This document shows, one piece after another, positions 1 through 8,009 of a stretch of DNA of 43,408 bases. A program made the position numbers and the translations under genes. This stretch comes from a virus (taxonomy: Duplodnaviria; Caudoviricetes), in IMG/VR virus record IMGVR_UViG_3300037420_002072, positions 1 through 43,408 of that record; one strand, 5' to 3'. Each line of letters begins with the position of its first letter. Position 1 is the first letter of the stretch. The notes under the pieces were generated by a model. That model was not told the origin of the DNA. It searched no databases and saw only the letters and a program-made list of their open reading frames with translations.

Positions 1-189
1 AAAATCGACGGACGCCTCCGAATCGGAAGCGCAATCTGAGCCTGAGCCGGAACCAGAATCGCGCGGTGATTCCAAAACGCGCGCGTACACGATTCTCGAA
101 ATCCTCTGCGTCTTCTTCTGGTTTCTGAGTCTAGGCGCGGGGTTTGAGGCTATCGCGGATAAGGGCGGAACAGCGCGAAAGAGCGCGTT

Positions 190-202
190 TTTCAACGACT
201 TA
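190..202 (+). promoter_or_regulatory. IHF-like binding site near the left end
   Basis: TTTCAACGACTTA matches WATCAANNNNTTR with one mismatch and adjoins the end repeats. Confidence 0.35.
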
Positions 203-204
203 CA

Positions 205-289
205 CGAGTCTTGCGGCCATTTGCGAGGTTTGACGCAATTGGATCGAGTCTGGCGGCTTAAAACGGAACTGCGCAGAGGTTTGACGCAA
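205..289 (+). repeat. Left-end repeats, putative transposase binding sites
   Basis: GAGGTTTGACGCAA at 225-238 and 276-289, each preceded by CGAGTCT(T/G)GCGGC (205-217, 245-257); 272-285 is the exact reverse complement of 43388-43401. Confidence 0.7.
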
Positions 290-818
290 AAAAAGCGGCG
301 ATTGAAGCCGTTGTGCAGAAGAGTTGAAAGAGGGGTATTTGGGTATCAACCGACCGCTTTGGACGCGTCCTGGACGATTTTAGGAGGTCGCGTCTCGCCT
401 CAGCCATGACGCGGATCGGATCGGCGGCCGGAATCGAGCCGGCTTTCTTGACGATCTTGTCCAGGCTAACGCGGAGCGACTTGCCTTCCTCGTAATATTC
501 CTCGCCGTGAATGCGGAAATGAGTCTGGACGCAATGCATTAGGTAACCGGGCCAATATTGAACGGCGCCGGTTTGGCCGTGCTGTTTGATGCCGTTGAAA
601 ACGTCCAGGAGAATGGCTTTGTAGCGTTCAGGCGGCAACGTGACGCCGCGCCGGTCCAAATAACCAGCCGGCCAAAGAATTACGTTATTGAGAAGAAACC
701 GCTTGTCCTGGTGAAATTGTTTGGCCGGCGCGTCACCATAGAATTGGTTGCGAATGACGTTGAGGAGATCGTTGCGAATCTCGACGGCGACGGTTTGGCG
801 TGGGCGCGGCTCAGCCAT
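258..818 (-). CDS. Hypothetical phage protein, last gene of the early arm
   Basis: Likely start MAEPRPRQ at 818 overlapping the stop of the upstream gene; globular-looking sequence. Confidence 0.7.
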   Translation of the reverse strand: MAEPRPRQTVAVEIRNDLLNVIRNQFYGDAPAKQFHQDKRFLLNNVILWPAGYLDRRGVTLPPERYKAILLDVFNGIKQHGQTGAVQYWPGYLMHCVQTHFRIHGEEYYEEGKSLRVSLDKIVKKAGSIPAADPIRVMAEARRDLLKSSRTRPKRSVDTQIPLFQLFCTTASIAAFFASNLCAVPF

Positions 819-1062
819 TTGAGTAGCTATGTTCGTAAGGAAGGCGTGAAGCGATAAAAGGGGCAGGCTTATCGAACCGAGTTCGCAAACCGCAAAAAGG
901 ACATTTCGCTTCAAAATGATCGCGGTAATCACGAATCAAATCCGAGTCTCTAACACCAAAAGAATCGGAAGCCTCCAGTTCGAAAACGGCCGGACAAAAA
1001 TCGCACCAAATTTGGAGGCCCGCCCAAACAGGAAACGGTCGGTTTGTGTGTATGACTTTCAT
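811..1062 (-). CDS. Small Zn-ribbon-like protein
   Basis: CDFC ... CPFC pairs; overlaps both neighbours. Confidence 0.65.
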   Translation of the reverse strand: MKVIHTNRPFPVWAGLQIWCDFCPAVFELEASDSFGVRDSDLIRDYRDHFEAKCPFCGLRTRFDKPAPFIASRLPYEHSYSNG

Positions 1063-1616
1063 AAATCGGCAGAGAACGGAGAGGTTGGAACAGGATGGTA
1101 GGAGGACTGAATCTCACGCTTTTGGGGCGGGACAAATTTGAGGTGGAGCGCGTCGAAGATTTCCTGCTCGGTGGCGCTGGCGATGACTTTACCGTCGCGA
1201 ATGATGCCGTTGTAAACTTCCCACTTCGCGCAGTTGGCGCGAGCGGTTTTGGTAAGAAAAATGTTGTGCTCTTTGGAGCCAGTGCGGAGCAGGAGCAAGG
1301 AACCCCAATTCGACGGTTTGGTGTCGAACATGTCCTTGCTTTCCGGGTGAGCGAGGAAGACCTGGACTTCGAGGCCGTTTGTTAACCGAACATGGATGTT
1401 TTGCGGGCCATTCTGGATGACTTCCTTGCCGTCAACGATGCGCGCGCGAAGAGCAGCTTCGTCGCGAGGTTCGGCGACGATATCAACGTCACCGCAATAA
1501 GGCCGTTCGCGGCGGATGGAACCGGCGATTTCCAGGCGCGTGCAGAAGGGTTGCAAAGCCGTGGCAATTTGCTCGGCGTAGCGGCGGGCCTTGGCGAGTG
1601 GGATCGGATTTTTCAC
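1059..1616 (-). CDS. Minimal family X DNA polymerase / pol beta-like nucleotidyltransferase
   Basis: IAGSIRR..CGDVDIV (GS..DxD motif), RTGSKEHN, and C-terminal TEQEIFDALHLKFVPPQKRE typical of the PolX palm and thumb. Confidence 0.85.
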   Translation of the reverse strand: MKNPIPLAKARRYAEQIATALQPFCTRLEIAGSIRRERPYCGDVDIVAEPRDEAALRARIVDGKEVIQNGPQNIHVRLTNGLEVQVFLAHPESKDMFDTKPSNWGSLLLLRTGSKEHNIFLTKTARANCAKWEVYNGIIRDGKVIASATEQEIFDALHLKFVPPQKREIQSSYHPVPTSPFSADL

Positions 1617-1798
1617 GAGCGCGCGGTCGTTAAAATGCCGTCCATTTTGGCGAGGACTGAATTTGAAACAGCGATCGCTTTGGCGGCAACGTCGGCGGCG
1701 TCGTGGCCTTTGGCCTTCATTTTGTGGGAAATTTCGACAGCGAGTTGGACGGCCTGCTTAATGAAACGAGCTTCTTCTGTGGAGAGTTCAATAGTCAT
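1613..1798 (-). CDS. Hypothetical protein
   Basis: 4-bp ATGA overlaps on both sides; helical sequence. Confidence 0.65.
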   Translation of the reverse strand: MTIELSTEEARFIKQAVQLAVEISHKMKAKGHDAADVAAKAIAVSNSVLAKMDGILTTARS

Positions 1799-2682
1799 AA
1801 TTGTCGGAGGATGCCTTCAATCACCGGCGGGCAAACAGAATTGCCCAAAAGATGCGTGGCGAGGCGAGTGTTTGAAGGCAATTTATAATCGTCAGGAAAA
1901 CCCATGGCGCGGCGACTTTCGTCAACGACCAACATCCGAAATTTATCACCACGAACCAAGCCGAAACGATCGCGCGTCGTGACTGTGCCGAGCGGGCGAT
2001 CGAGACTGCGGCCGCCCGTTTCATTGCCGTAATAAGCGACGAGAAAAGTGTCTCCAAACTGACGACGGCCGGCGCGAATGCGCGCGCGCGTGTTGGCGCA
2101 TAAAGAACGGACCGGACGCTGACATTCAATCCGGCTCAAAATTCGGCGCGCGGGAACATGATCGAGCTTTGGCGACTGTAGAATCAACGGCGAGCGCGAG
2201 CGGGTGGCGACAATAAAAGCGCGTTCACGATGTTGAGGAACGCCAAAATCGGCGGCGTCGAGAACCTGCTTTGAAATCGCGTAGCCAAGGCGGCGCAGAC
2301 AATCGGCCCATGGCTCAAAGAAAATCCACGTCAGGAATTCGGGAACATTTTCAACAACGATGGATTTAGGCCGATGAAATTCAGCGCAGGAAATGACTGC
2401 CCAGGCGGTGGCGCGCGATTTGTCATGATGCGGCCGATTTCGTCCGCGCGATTTGGAAAAGCCCTGGCAACACGGCGAGGCAAGCAACAGATCGTGCTTT
2501 GGAACTTCTGACCAATCTGCCTGATGCAGGTCCTGGCAGGCGTGGATCGTTTGCGGGTGATTGGCGCGATGCCATTCGACCGCGCGCGGCCAATGATTGG
2601 CGGCCCACACGACATTGATTCCGACACGGCGCGCGCCTTCCGTGAAACCGCCGAGGCCGGCGAAAAGATCGATGGCTTTCAA
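1795..2682 (-). CDS. DNA (cytosine-5) methyltransferase, orphan
   Basis: DLFAGLGG (motif I), SPCCQGFS (IV), ENVPEF (VI), PQHRER (VIII), LGNSV (X); TTG start overlaps the upstream stop. Confidence 0.93.
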   Translation of the reverse strand: MKAIDLFAGLGGFTEGARRVGINVVWAANHWPRAVEWHRANHPQTIHACQDLHQADWSEVPKHDLLLASPCCQGFSKSRGRNRPHHDKSRATAWAVISCAEFHRPKSIVVENVPEFLTWIFFEPWADCLRRLGYAISKQVLDAADFGVPQHRERAFIVATRSRSPLILQSPKLDHVPARRILSRIECQRPVRSLCANTRARIRAGRRQFGDTFLVAYYGNETGGRSLDRPLGTVTTRDRFGLVRGDKFRMLVVDESRRAMGFPDDYKLPSNTRLATHLLGNSVCPPVIEGILRQL

Positions 2683-2960
2683 AGCACCGTGATGGCCATG
2701 CAGACGAAGCCTTTGGTAAGGCCCTCGTGAGCGGTTAAGATGTGGGTGATTTGAGCGACGAGAGAATCGCCGGTGTATTCTTTTTCGTCCGGGTCCCACT
2801 CGCGCAGCCAAAGGCGGTCGCCGACTTTAAAGCCGCGATCGTCGCGGCGAACCTCGTAAGTTTTAAGGCGGGCGTCGACGGGGCGATAAAAGCGCGGCCA
2901 CGATTTGAGTTCGTGAACTTGAAAGGTTTTGCCTTCGACAGTGACGGTGCGCGTTTTCAC
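2679..2960 (-). CDS. ASCH/PUA-like protein (DUF3850 type)
   Basis: HELKSWP..Y...LKTYEVRRDDRGFKVGDRLWLREW signature. Confidence 0.85.
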   Translation of the reverse strand: MKTRTVTVEGKTFQVHELKSWPRFYRPVDARLKTYEVRRDDRGFKVGDRLWLREWDPDEKEYTGDSLVAQITHILTAHEGLTKGFVCMAITVL

Positions 2961-3154
2961 TGGGAGTCCGTCTGATGAGTGTTGCGTAACAAAATCAGCA
3001 CGCGAGCTTGATTGTCGCAGGTGTCACAAACTCCGCCGCCGAATCCAAGCGGTGAACGGATGATGCATGAGCCGATGAGATTGAATGGAAGGTTCATCCA
3101 GGTGGCGGCCCAATCCTCGGCGCAGCATTCGCATTGAAAATGTGTTTCGGTCAT
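2957..3154 (-). CDS. Small Cys-rich hypothetical protein
   Basis: CECC and CDTC; overlaps both neighbours. Confidence 0.55.
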   Translation of the reverse strand: MTETHFQCECCAEDWAATWMNLPFNLIGSCIIRSPLGFGGGVCDTCDNQARVLILLRNTHQTDSQ

Positions 3155-3510
3155 TTCGGCGTGTGAGGGAGTTGGTGGTATTGCTTCAAAATCTCGGTGG
3201 CGCGCTGATCCATTTCCTTCGCCTGGTGACGGAGCCAGTTGGCGGCGTGGGTGATTTCCTCAGGCGTGGCGTGGCGTATGTGTTTGTAGCCTTTCTGGCC
3301 GCTGATGATTTTGCCCTGGGAATGTTCGGAGATGCGGCGCAGTTTGCGCTTGTTGGTTTCGGAGGGAGCCTCGTTGAGTTTTCGGAGCAGGTCAGCGGCT
3401 TTGAGCCAGGTCTTTTGCTGTTCGAGCACGGCGATCGCGACGTCAACGGACGCATCGGGCGGCGGCGTGTCGAAATCGATTTCGAATTGGAGGGCGGCGG
3501 TCATATCCAT
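3151..3510 (-). CDS. Winged-HTH-like phage protein
   Basis: KRKLRRISE..IISGQKGY pattern followed by a helix. Confidence 0.6.
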   Translation of the reverse strand: MDMTAALQFEIDFDTPPPDASVDVAIAVLEQQKTWLKAADLLRKLNEAPSETNKRKLRRISEHSQGKIISGQKGYKHIRHATPEEITHAANWLRHQAKEMDQRATEILKQYHQLPHTPK

Positions 3511-4121
3511 CAGAACGGAACGTTGTCGGCGAGTTCAGGTTCTCGGAGCGGACCGCGCGGAGCGACGGTCCCTACCTTTTTGCATTGGGCGCATTGGCAG
3601 GTTTTGCCGAGGCCGGAATTCCAAAGGAGTTCGTGAACGGTCCAGCCGCGTTGCTGGCGGAGAGTCTTGACGCGGTTGGTGACGGTGAATTGGAGGTTGT
3701 CGAGCTGGCTGTAACGGCTGCCGTGGGCCGACCTGGGAGAATCGGAGAGATCGGCGGGAAGCATGCCGAATTTGTCACTGGCGATCTCGGCGATGTAACC
3801 GAGAGGATCAGCCACGCCGAGGGCTTTGAGTTGCGGAGCGAGCCAGTTGTTGATTTTCCAAAGCTGGCGGGCTTTTGGCTGGTTAAGAGCGCGCAGTTGC
3901 GGGGCGAGATCAGCCGGTTTGAGGATGGCCGCGCAGGCGGCCAGGAAGGCGTCCATATGGGCCTTGGTGAAATCTTTGGTGGAGGCCGGCAGGTTGTGTT
4001 GCTGGTGGAAGGCGGCGCGGAACTCGCCAAGCGGAAGCTTGGCGGTCCCGGTCCCGGAGGCGGCGGCGTAGACCTGGTTGAGGTTGGCCCAATAGAGTTT
4101 GCGTTGGTCGGGGGAGAGCAT
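3510..4121 (-). CDS. Hypothetical regulatory protein, possibly GemA/gp16-like; contains two palindromic repeats
   Basis: MLSPDQRKLYW...STKDFT pattern and position in a Mu early operon; CQCAQC near the C-terminus. Confidence 0.55.
   Translation of the reverse strand: MLSPDQRKLYWANLNQVYAAASGTGTAKLPLGEFRAAFHQQHNLPASTKDFTKAHMDAFLAACAAILKPADLAPQLRALNQPKARQLWKINNWLAPQLKALGVADPLGYIAEIASDKFGMLPADLSDSPRSAHGSRYSQLDNLQFTVTNRVKTLRQQRGWTVHELLWNSGLGKTCQCAQCKKVGTVAPRGPLREPELADNVPF
3547..3584 (-). repeat. GTAG-type REP-like palindrome, family 1
   Basis: AGCGGACCGCGCGGAGCGACGGTCCCTACCTTTTTGCA, identical over 38 bp to 10211-10248. Confidence 0.85.
4025..4048. repeat. Palindrome family 2 (also 10877-10900 and 20677-20700)
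   Basis: CGCCAAGC-(G/A)GAA-GCTTGGCG-(G/A)TCC, three copies. Confidence 0.8.
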
Positions 4122-4122
4122 C

Positions 4123-4665
4123 TTATGATTGTGGATTGGCTGTCAGAGCCTCGTGGAGTTCGGCTTCCATAAACGCGATCTTTTTTTTGAAGGCGGGATC
4201 GACCGAGCATTGGTCAGCGACATTGCGGCAGGCGAAGATGACGGAGCCGTGATCGCGCGCGAAGTAATCGCCGATGCGATTAAAGGTGGCGCCGGTGATC
4301 TGCCGGCAGAAATACATGGCGACGTGACGCGGGATGGTGAAGCAAACCTGGCGGCGCTGGCTGTCGCGAACGGATTTAATCGGCTGACCGAATTGTTCGC
4401 AGACGAATGCGACGATGGCGTCAAAGGCGTCCAGATCGGAGCCGGTTTTATGGGTGGCGAATTTCAAATCGAGATCGAGACGAAGATTGCGCGCGTAAGC
4501 GCGGAGACGCTGATCGACGGTCTCCATGATGGCGTCCTCGAACGCGGCGAGGCGGGCCTGGATGCGGGCGCGAATACGATCGTGCACGGTTTGGGCGCGC
4601 CATTTTTCGATTGGCTGGACTTTAGGCGAAGCCGCAGCGGCGAGAGAGTCGCAGGGAGATTTCAT
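4123..4665 (-). CDS. Protein with a DnaA C-terminal HTH (domain IV-like)
   Basis: PRHVAMYFCRQITGATFNRIGDYFARDHGSVIFACRNV matches the DnaA domain IV RQxAMYL...IG..F.RDHxTV motif. Confidence 0.85.
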   Translation of the reverse strand: MKSPCDSLAAAASPKVQPIEKWRAQTVHDRIRARIQARLAAFEDAIMETVDQRLRAYARNLRLDLDLKFATHKTGSDLDAFDAIVAFVCEQFGQPIKSVRDSQRRQVCFTIPRHVAMYFCRQITGATFNRIGDYFARDHGSVIFACRNVADQCSVDPAFKKKIAFMEAELHEALTANPQS

Positions 4666-4952
4666 ATTCCGGTTTGGGTTTGGATGAAGCCTGATGTGGC
4701 GGGCGGGTCGAGTGAGACGAATGGGAGCGATGGGACGGATGGGACTTGTGGGACGGATGGGGAGGCCGGCGCAGAGGCCGGCGATCCCATGGAGGGCCAG
4801 GCGTAGGCTTCCAACTCGTCGAGAGATTCGAAACGGATCGTGCCGTGCTGGCGGACAGCCATAGTCACGCCGTTGGATGAGATGACGAGGTTTTGGAAAT
4901 CCGGGTGTTCGGATTTTAACTTTTGCAGGAGATGGCGGAGTTCGGATTTCAT
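4662..4952 (-). CDS. Hypothetical protein with a 9-bp-repeat-encoded Pro/Ser tail
   Basis: Start MKSELRHLL at 4952; stop overlaps the next gene. Confidence 0.6.
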   Translation of the reverse strand: MKSELRHLLQKLKSEHPDFQNLVISSNGVTMAVRQHGTIRFESLDELEAYAWPSMGSPASAPASPSVPQVPSVPSLPFVSLDPPATSGFIQTQTGI

Positions 4953-4967
4953 GGAGAGTTGAAAGGA

Positions 4968-4994
4968 GCGGCCGGCCGGAGCGCGGCCGGCCGC
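4968..4994. repeat. Intergenic GC hairpin
   Basis: GCGGCCGGCCG-GAGCG-CGGCCGGCCGC, perfect 11-bp stem. Confidence 0.6.
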
Positions 4995-5007
4995 AGTCTG
5001 GGTGTCT

Positions 5008-5331
5008 TTATGTTGTGGGCGCGGTTGGCGTGGTGAAGGTCGGCAGGTTGTCGATGTGTTTGGCGAGAATCGCGTGAGCGCGACCAAGGCGTTCATACAG
5101 GCGGGCGAGCTGCTCGCGCAGGATGGCCGGATTCTCGTTGATCGAATAATGCGCGACCTGGTCGATCGAGTTGCGCACGTCCGTGCCGAGAATCTTTGCC
5201 GCTTCGTCGAGCTCGTCGCGTTTTTGGCGACGGGCGGCAGCGCTACGCGCCGCGACGACTTCTGGCGATTCGGGAACGGGCGGCGTGCCCGCATCGGTCG
5301 ATTCCACATTTTCTGTCTTCGGTTCTTTCAT
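5008..5331 (-). CDS. Hypothetical protein
   Basis: Start MKEPKTEN overlaps the upstream stop (ATGA). Confidence 0.6.
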   Translation of the reverse strand: MKEPKTENVESTDAGTPPVPESPEVVAARSAAARRQKRDELDEAAKILGTDVRNSIDQVAHYSINENPAILREQLARLYERLGRAHAILAKHIDNLPTFTTPTAPTT

Positions 5332-5540
5332 GTTTTGCTTTCGTTGAGTGTTGATGGTTCGGAAATCTCGATATGTTGATGGAGGAGAACGGAAAGTTTT
5401 TGGGTGAGGCTGGATTTGAGCCACGTCCCGGTGTGCTTATTCTTTTTCGTGATGATGTAGAGGTATTCGCCGTCTGCGAGCAGCTCGGCCGCCATGACGG
5501 CGGCGAGCTTTTCTAATTCAGGATGGGATTTTTCCGGCAT
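5328..5540 (-). CDS. Hypothetical protein
   Basis: Fits between Gam and the next gene with tight spacing. Confidence 0.5.
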   Translation of the reverse strand: MPEKSHPELEKLAAVMAAELLADGEYLYIITKKNKHTGTWLKSSLTQKLSVLLHQHIEISEPSTLNESKT

Positions 5541-5542
5541 CG

Positions 5543-6124
5543 TTAGGCGGCTTGTTTCAGGATTGCGGTGTCGGCTTCTTGAATGAGGGAGGCGACGGCT
5601 TTCTCGATGTCGCTGTCTTGCGCCTGGACGATGACCGTTTCTTGATCAGCCGTTACCTGGACGCTGATCTTCTTAAGGAGATCGGCCGGCAATTTTTCGA
5701 GAGCTTCCTTGCTGAGAGCGCGCGTGACGGGCGCGAGGGTGTCGAGCTGATCCGGGCAATGCTTTTTGATCAGGTTGATGGTGGCGTCCGGATCGGCGAT
5801 GACGATGCGGCCGGGCTGTTTGCGCAGGCCGACTTTGATGTCGCTGAATGTGCGGGTCTTCGGCGATTTGAACAGGGCGCGATTTGTATCGATCAGCGTC
5901 ACCAGATCGATGCGAGCATGCGCGGCGGCGTTGGCTCGGAGCTGGATGTTGGGCAACCAGGTGGCGCGGATGGCCGCGATCTCATTGTTGTATTTGGTGA
6001 GGACGCCAGCCAGCAGGCGGCGTTCGCCAGCGAATGCTTCGCAGGAGTCCTGGATGGGCTGGAAGCCCAGAGGCAGGACGCCCACGGTTTTGGTTTGGTT
6101 GGGTTGTGATGTTTTGTTTTTCAT
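5543..6124 (-). CDS. gam: Mu Gam-like host-nuclease inhibitor
   Basis: Helical N-terminus then LFKSPKTRTFSDIKVGLRKQPGRI...LSKEAL, downstream of MuB. Confidence 0.8.
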   Translation of the reverse strand: MKNKTSQPNQTKTVGVLPLGFQPIQDSCEAFAGERRLLAGVLTKYNNEIAAIRATWLPNIQLRANAAAHARIDLVTLIDTNRALFKSPKTRTFSDIKVGLRKQPGRIVIADPDATINLIKKHCPDQLDTLAPVTRALSKEALEKLPADLLKKISVQVTADQETVIVQAQDSDIEKAVASLIQEADTAILKQAA

Positions 6125-6128
6125 AAAA

Positions 6129-6326
6129 TCAATAAGTGGGCGGGCGGCGCATATAGAGGGTGGAGAGAGAGCCAACGGGCATAAGTGAACTGACCGTGCT
6201 GATTTCGGGAATCGAACGCGGCGCGATTTCCGGCAGCGGTTTGTCTGTGTCGAAAATCTCGCCGTTGACGAGATCGGCGTCGTAGTCGTAGCTGGCGTCG
6301 TGTGGAAATGGGGAGGTGGTTTTCAT
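6129..6326 (-). CDS. Hypothetical protein
   Basis: Start MKTTSPFP at 6326; fills the gap upstream of gam. Confidence 0.45.
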   Translation of the reverse strand: MKTTSPFPHDASYDYDADLVNGEIFDTDKPLPEIAPRSIPEISTVSSLMPVGSLSTLYMRRPPTY

Positions 6327-6440
6327 GGTTTGGATTTGGAGTGGCGTTCGAGGAGGGCTGACAAAGCGAGAGCGCCGATGATGGTCGCGGCGGCCTGCAG
6401 CGGGCCAAAAATTACGGCGACGATGGCGATGGTGATTAAA

Positions 6441-6456
6441 TGTTCCACGTGGAAAA
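6441..6456. promoter_or_regulatory. parS-like palindrome
   Basis: TGTTCCACGTGGAAAA, 15/16 to the canonical parS TGTTCCACGTGGAACA; intergenic. Confidence 0.55.
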
Positions 6457-6457
6457 A

Positions 6458-6751
6458 TCAGTTTGTATCGGAGAGTTTTTTGTCGAGGGCCTTCGCAAGC
6501 TCTTTGAGGTTGAGTTCCTGGACAGCGTCGAGCAGTTCGAGGGCGCGGCCGAGGCAGGCGATTTCGTAGCGCACGCGTTGATCTTTCACTTGCTTCAGAG
6601 CGGGCTTCCAATTTTGGCCGCGACGGATCGCGTCCATTTGCTTGGCGGTTGGGATAGCGTGACCGTCGATCAATGACTGGATTTGGTCGCGAAGAACGGT
6701 GCGAACCTCGTCGATAGAGGGCGGCAGATCGAGATGGATGGCGCGCGGCAT
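6458..6751 (-). CDS. Hypothetical protein
   Basis: Starts 4 bp after the MuB stop; helical. Confidence 0.65.
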   Translation of the reverse strand: MPRAIHLDLPPSIDEVRTVLRDQIQSLIDGHAIPTAKQMDAIRRGQNWKPALKQVKDQRVRYEIACLGRALELLDAVQELNLKELAKALDKKLSDTN

Positions 6752-6755
6752 AAAA

Positions 6756-7994
6756 TCAGTCGAGGTCGGTCATTTGTTCGAGGGTCTTCAGGCCTTTGTA
6801 AGCGTCCTGGACGTGCTGCCAGGTCATCTTCTGTTTCTTTTTGCCGGCGACGTGGCAACCGGCTTGCAAATAGGTGCACCAGACGCCGAGGCCGCCGTGA
6901 TCCTGATCGTTGATCACGGTGGTTTGCAGCTTGAGCGCATCACCAGTAGCGGGCGGCAGACCGTAATCAGCCGCGAAGGCGTCGAGTTCCGCGCGCGCGG
7001 GAATGGCCGGCAGGCAAATCTTGGCAATGGCGCGGCGGCTGATCTGCTTGAGAAGCGTCTTGTGTTTGCCGCGTTGAAGCTGGTCTTCGATGATCTTTGT
7101 GCCGATGAAAACCATGCCGCAACCGCAGCGATCGAAAATTTCGCGGATGATTTCGAGCGTCTCGACCTGAAAGCGGCCGGTGAATACCTGGTGAAATTCG
7201 TCGAAGATCAAGGTCATCGTTTTTGAGAAACAACGAGTGATCCGCTCCTGCATGACGATGTTGGAGGTGTCGTCGGGCAGGTTAAGCTGCTGACACATCA
7301 ATCGAAGAACCGCGCGCTTGTTCGCGCCGGCCGGCAGCCGAAAGAGAATCGTCTGGCCTGCATTCAGGCGATGGAACTCGGCCGCGCCCGTTGATTTGCC
7401 GACCTGCCCGTCCGAATAAACAAAGATGATTTTGCGGTAAAGGCGGGCGGCTTCAAAAATCTTGAACAGGCGGCGGGTCAATCGCGTCGGCACGAATGAG
7501 CCGCGATGAAGAGCTTCAGTCTCTTCCAAGCGCGCGCGAAAGTCAGCGATGGCGCGGACGAATTGATCAACGCCGGCGTTGTCGCGCTTGCCTCTGAGGA
7601 TGCGATAGATGGTATGGCCGTCGTAGGGCGCGCCATTTTTGCGCCGGAGGAAATTGGCTAATTCCGCGAACGAATAGTCATTCTGGCAGGCGTAGGTGTG
7701 CAGCCAGCGAACAGCGGTGCGCTGATCTTCCGGCAGGCTTTCGGTCCAGCCAACAACAACGTCGGTCCCGATGTTGTATTTCTTGGCGTCACGATGCCTC
7801 TGCTGAAGCTCGGTTGGACCGTTGGAATTGGATTCGTTGAATTCGCCCGGCAATGGAAGATCGCCATCATCGTCAGCGGGCTTGATGCCGAGTTTTTCGC
7901 GAATGGCGAGTTGTGTGTCTGACTGCGAGGCGCGTTCGCGATCCGCGTTGCGCAGCGTTTCCGAGTTGATTTCAAGAGTTGAGTTTTGGGCCAT
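6756..7994 (-). CDS. MuB-like AAA+ transposition ATPase with an N-terminal HTH
   Basis: Walker A-like SDGQVGKS, Walker B LIFDE, LEIIREIFD, QISRR arginine finger; directly after the transposase. Confidence 0.88.
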   Translation of the reverse strand: MAQNSTLEINSETLRNADRERASQSDTQLAIREKLGIKPADDDGDLPLPGEFNESNSNGPTELQQRHRDAKKYNIGTDVVVGWTESLPEDQRTAVRWLHTYACQNDYSFAELANFLRRKNGAPYDGHTIYRILRGKRDNAGVDQFVRAIADFRARLEETEALHRGSFVPTRLTRRLFKIFEAARLYRKIIFVYSDGQVGKSTGAAEFHRLNAGQTILFRLPAGANKRAVLRLMCQQLNLPDDTSNIVMQERITRCFSKTMTLIFDEFHQVFTGRFQVETLEIIREIFDRCGCGMVFIGTKIIEDQLQRGKHKTLLKQISRRAIAKICLPAIPARAELDAFAADYGLPPATGDALKLQTTVINDQDHGGLGVWCTYLQAGCHVAGKKKQKMTWQHVQDAYKGLKTLEQMTDLD

Positions 7995-8009
7995 AGCGAT
8001 TTTTTAGGG

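Noticed and set aside
2-409. Open + frame from the window start (EPEPEPES, hydrophobic stretch) that would join in frame with the ATG at 43374 if the sequence were circular
   Set aside because: It runs through the end repeats and antisense to 258-818; an in-frame join has a 1-in-3 chance and there is no terminal redundancy to show circularity
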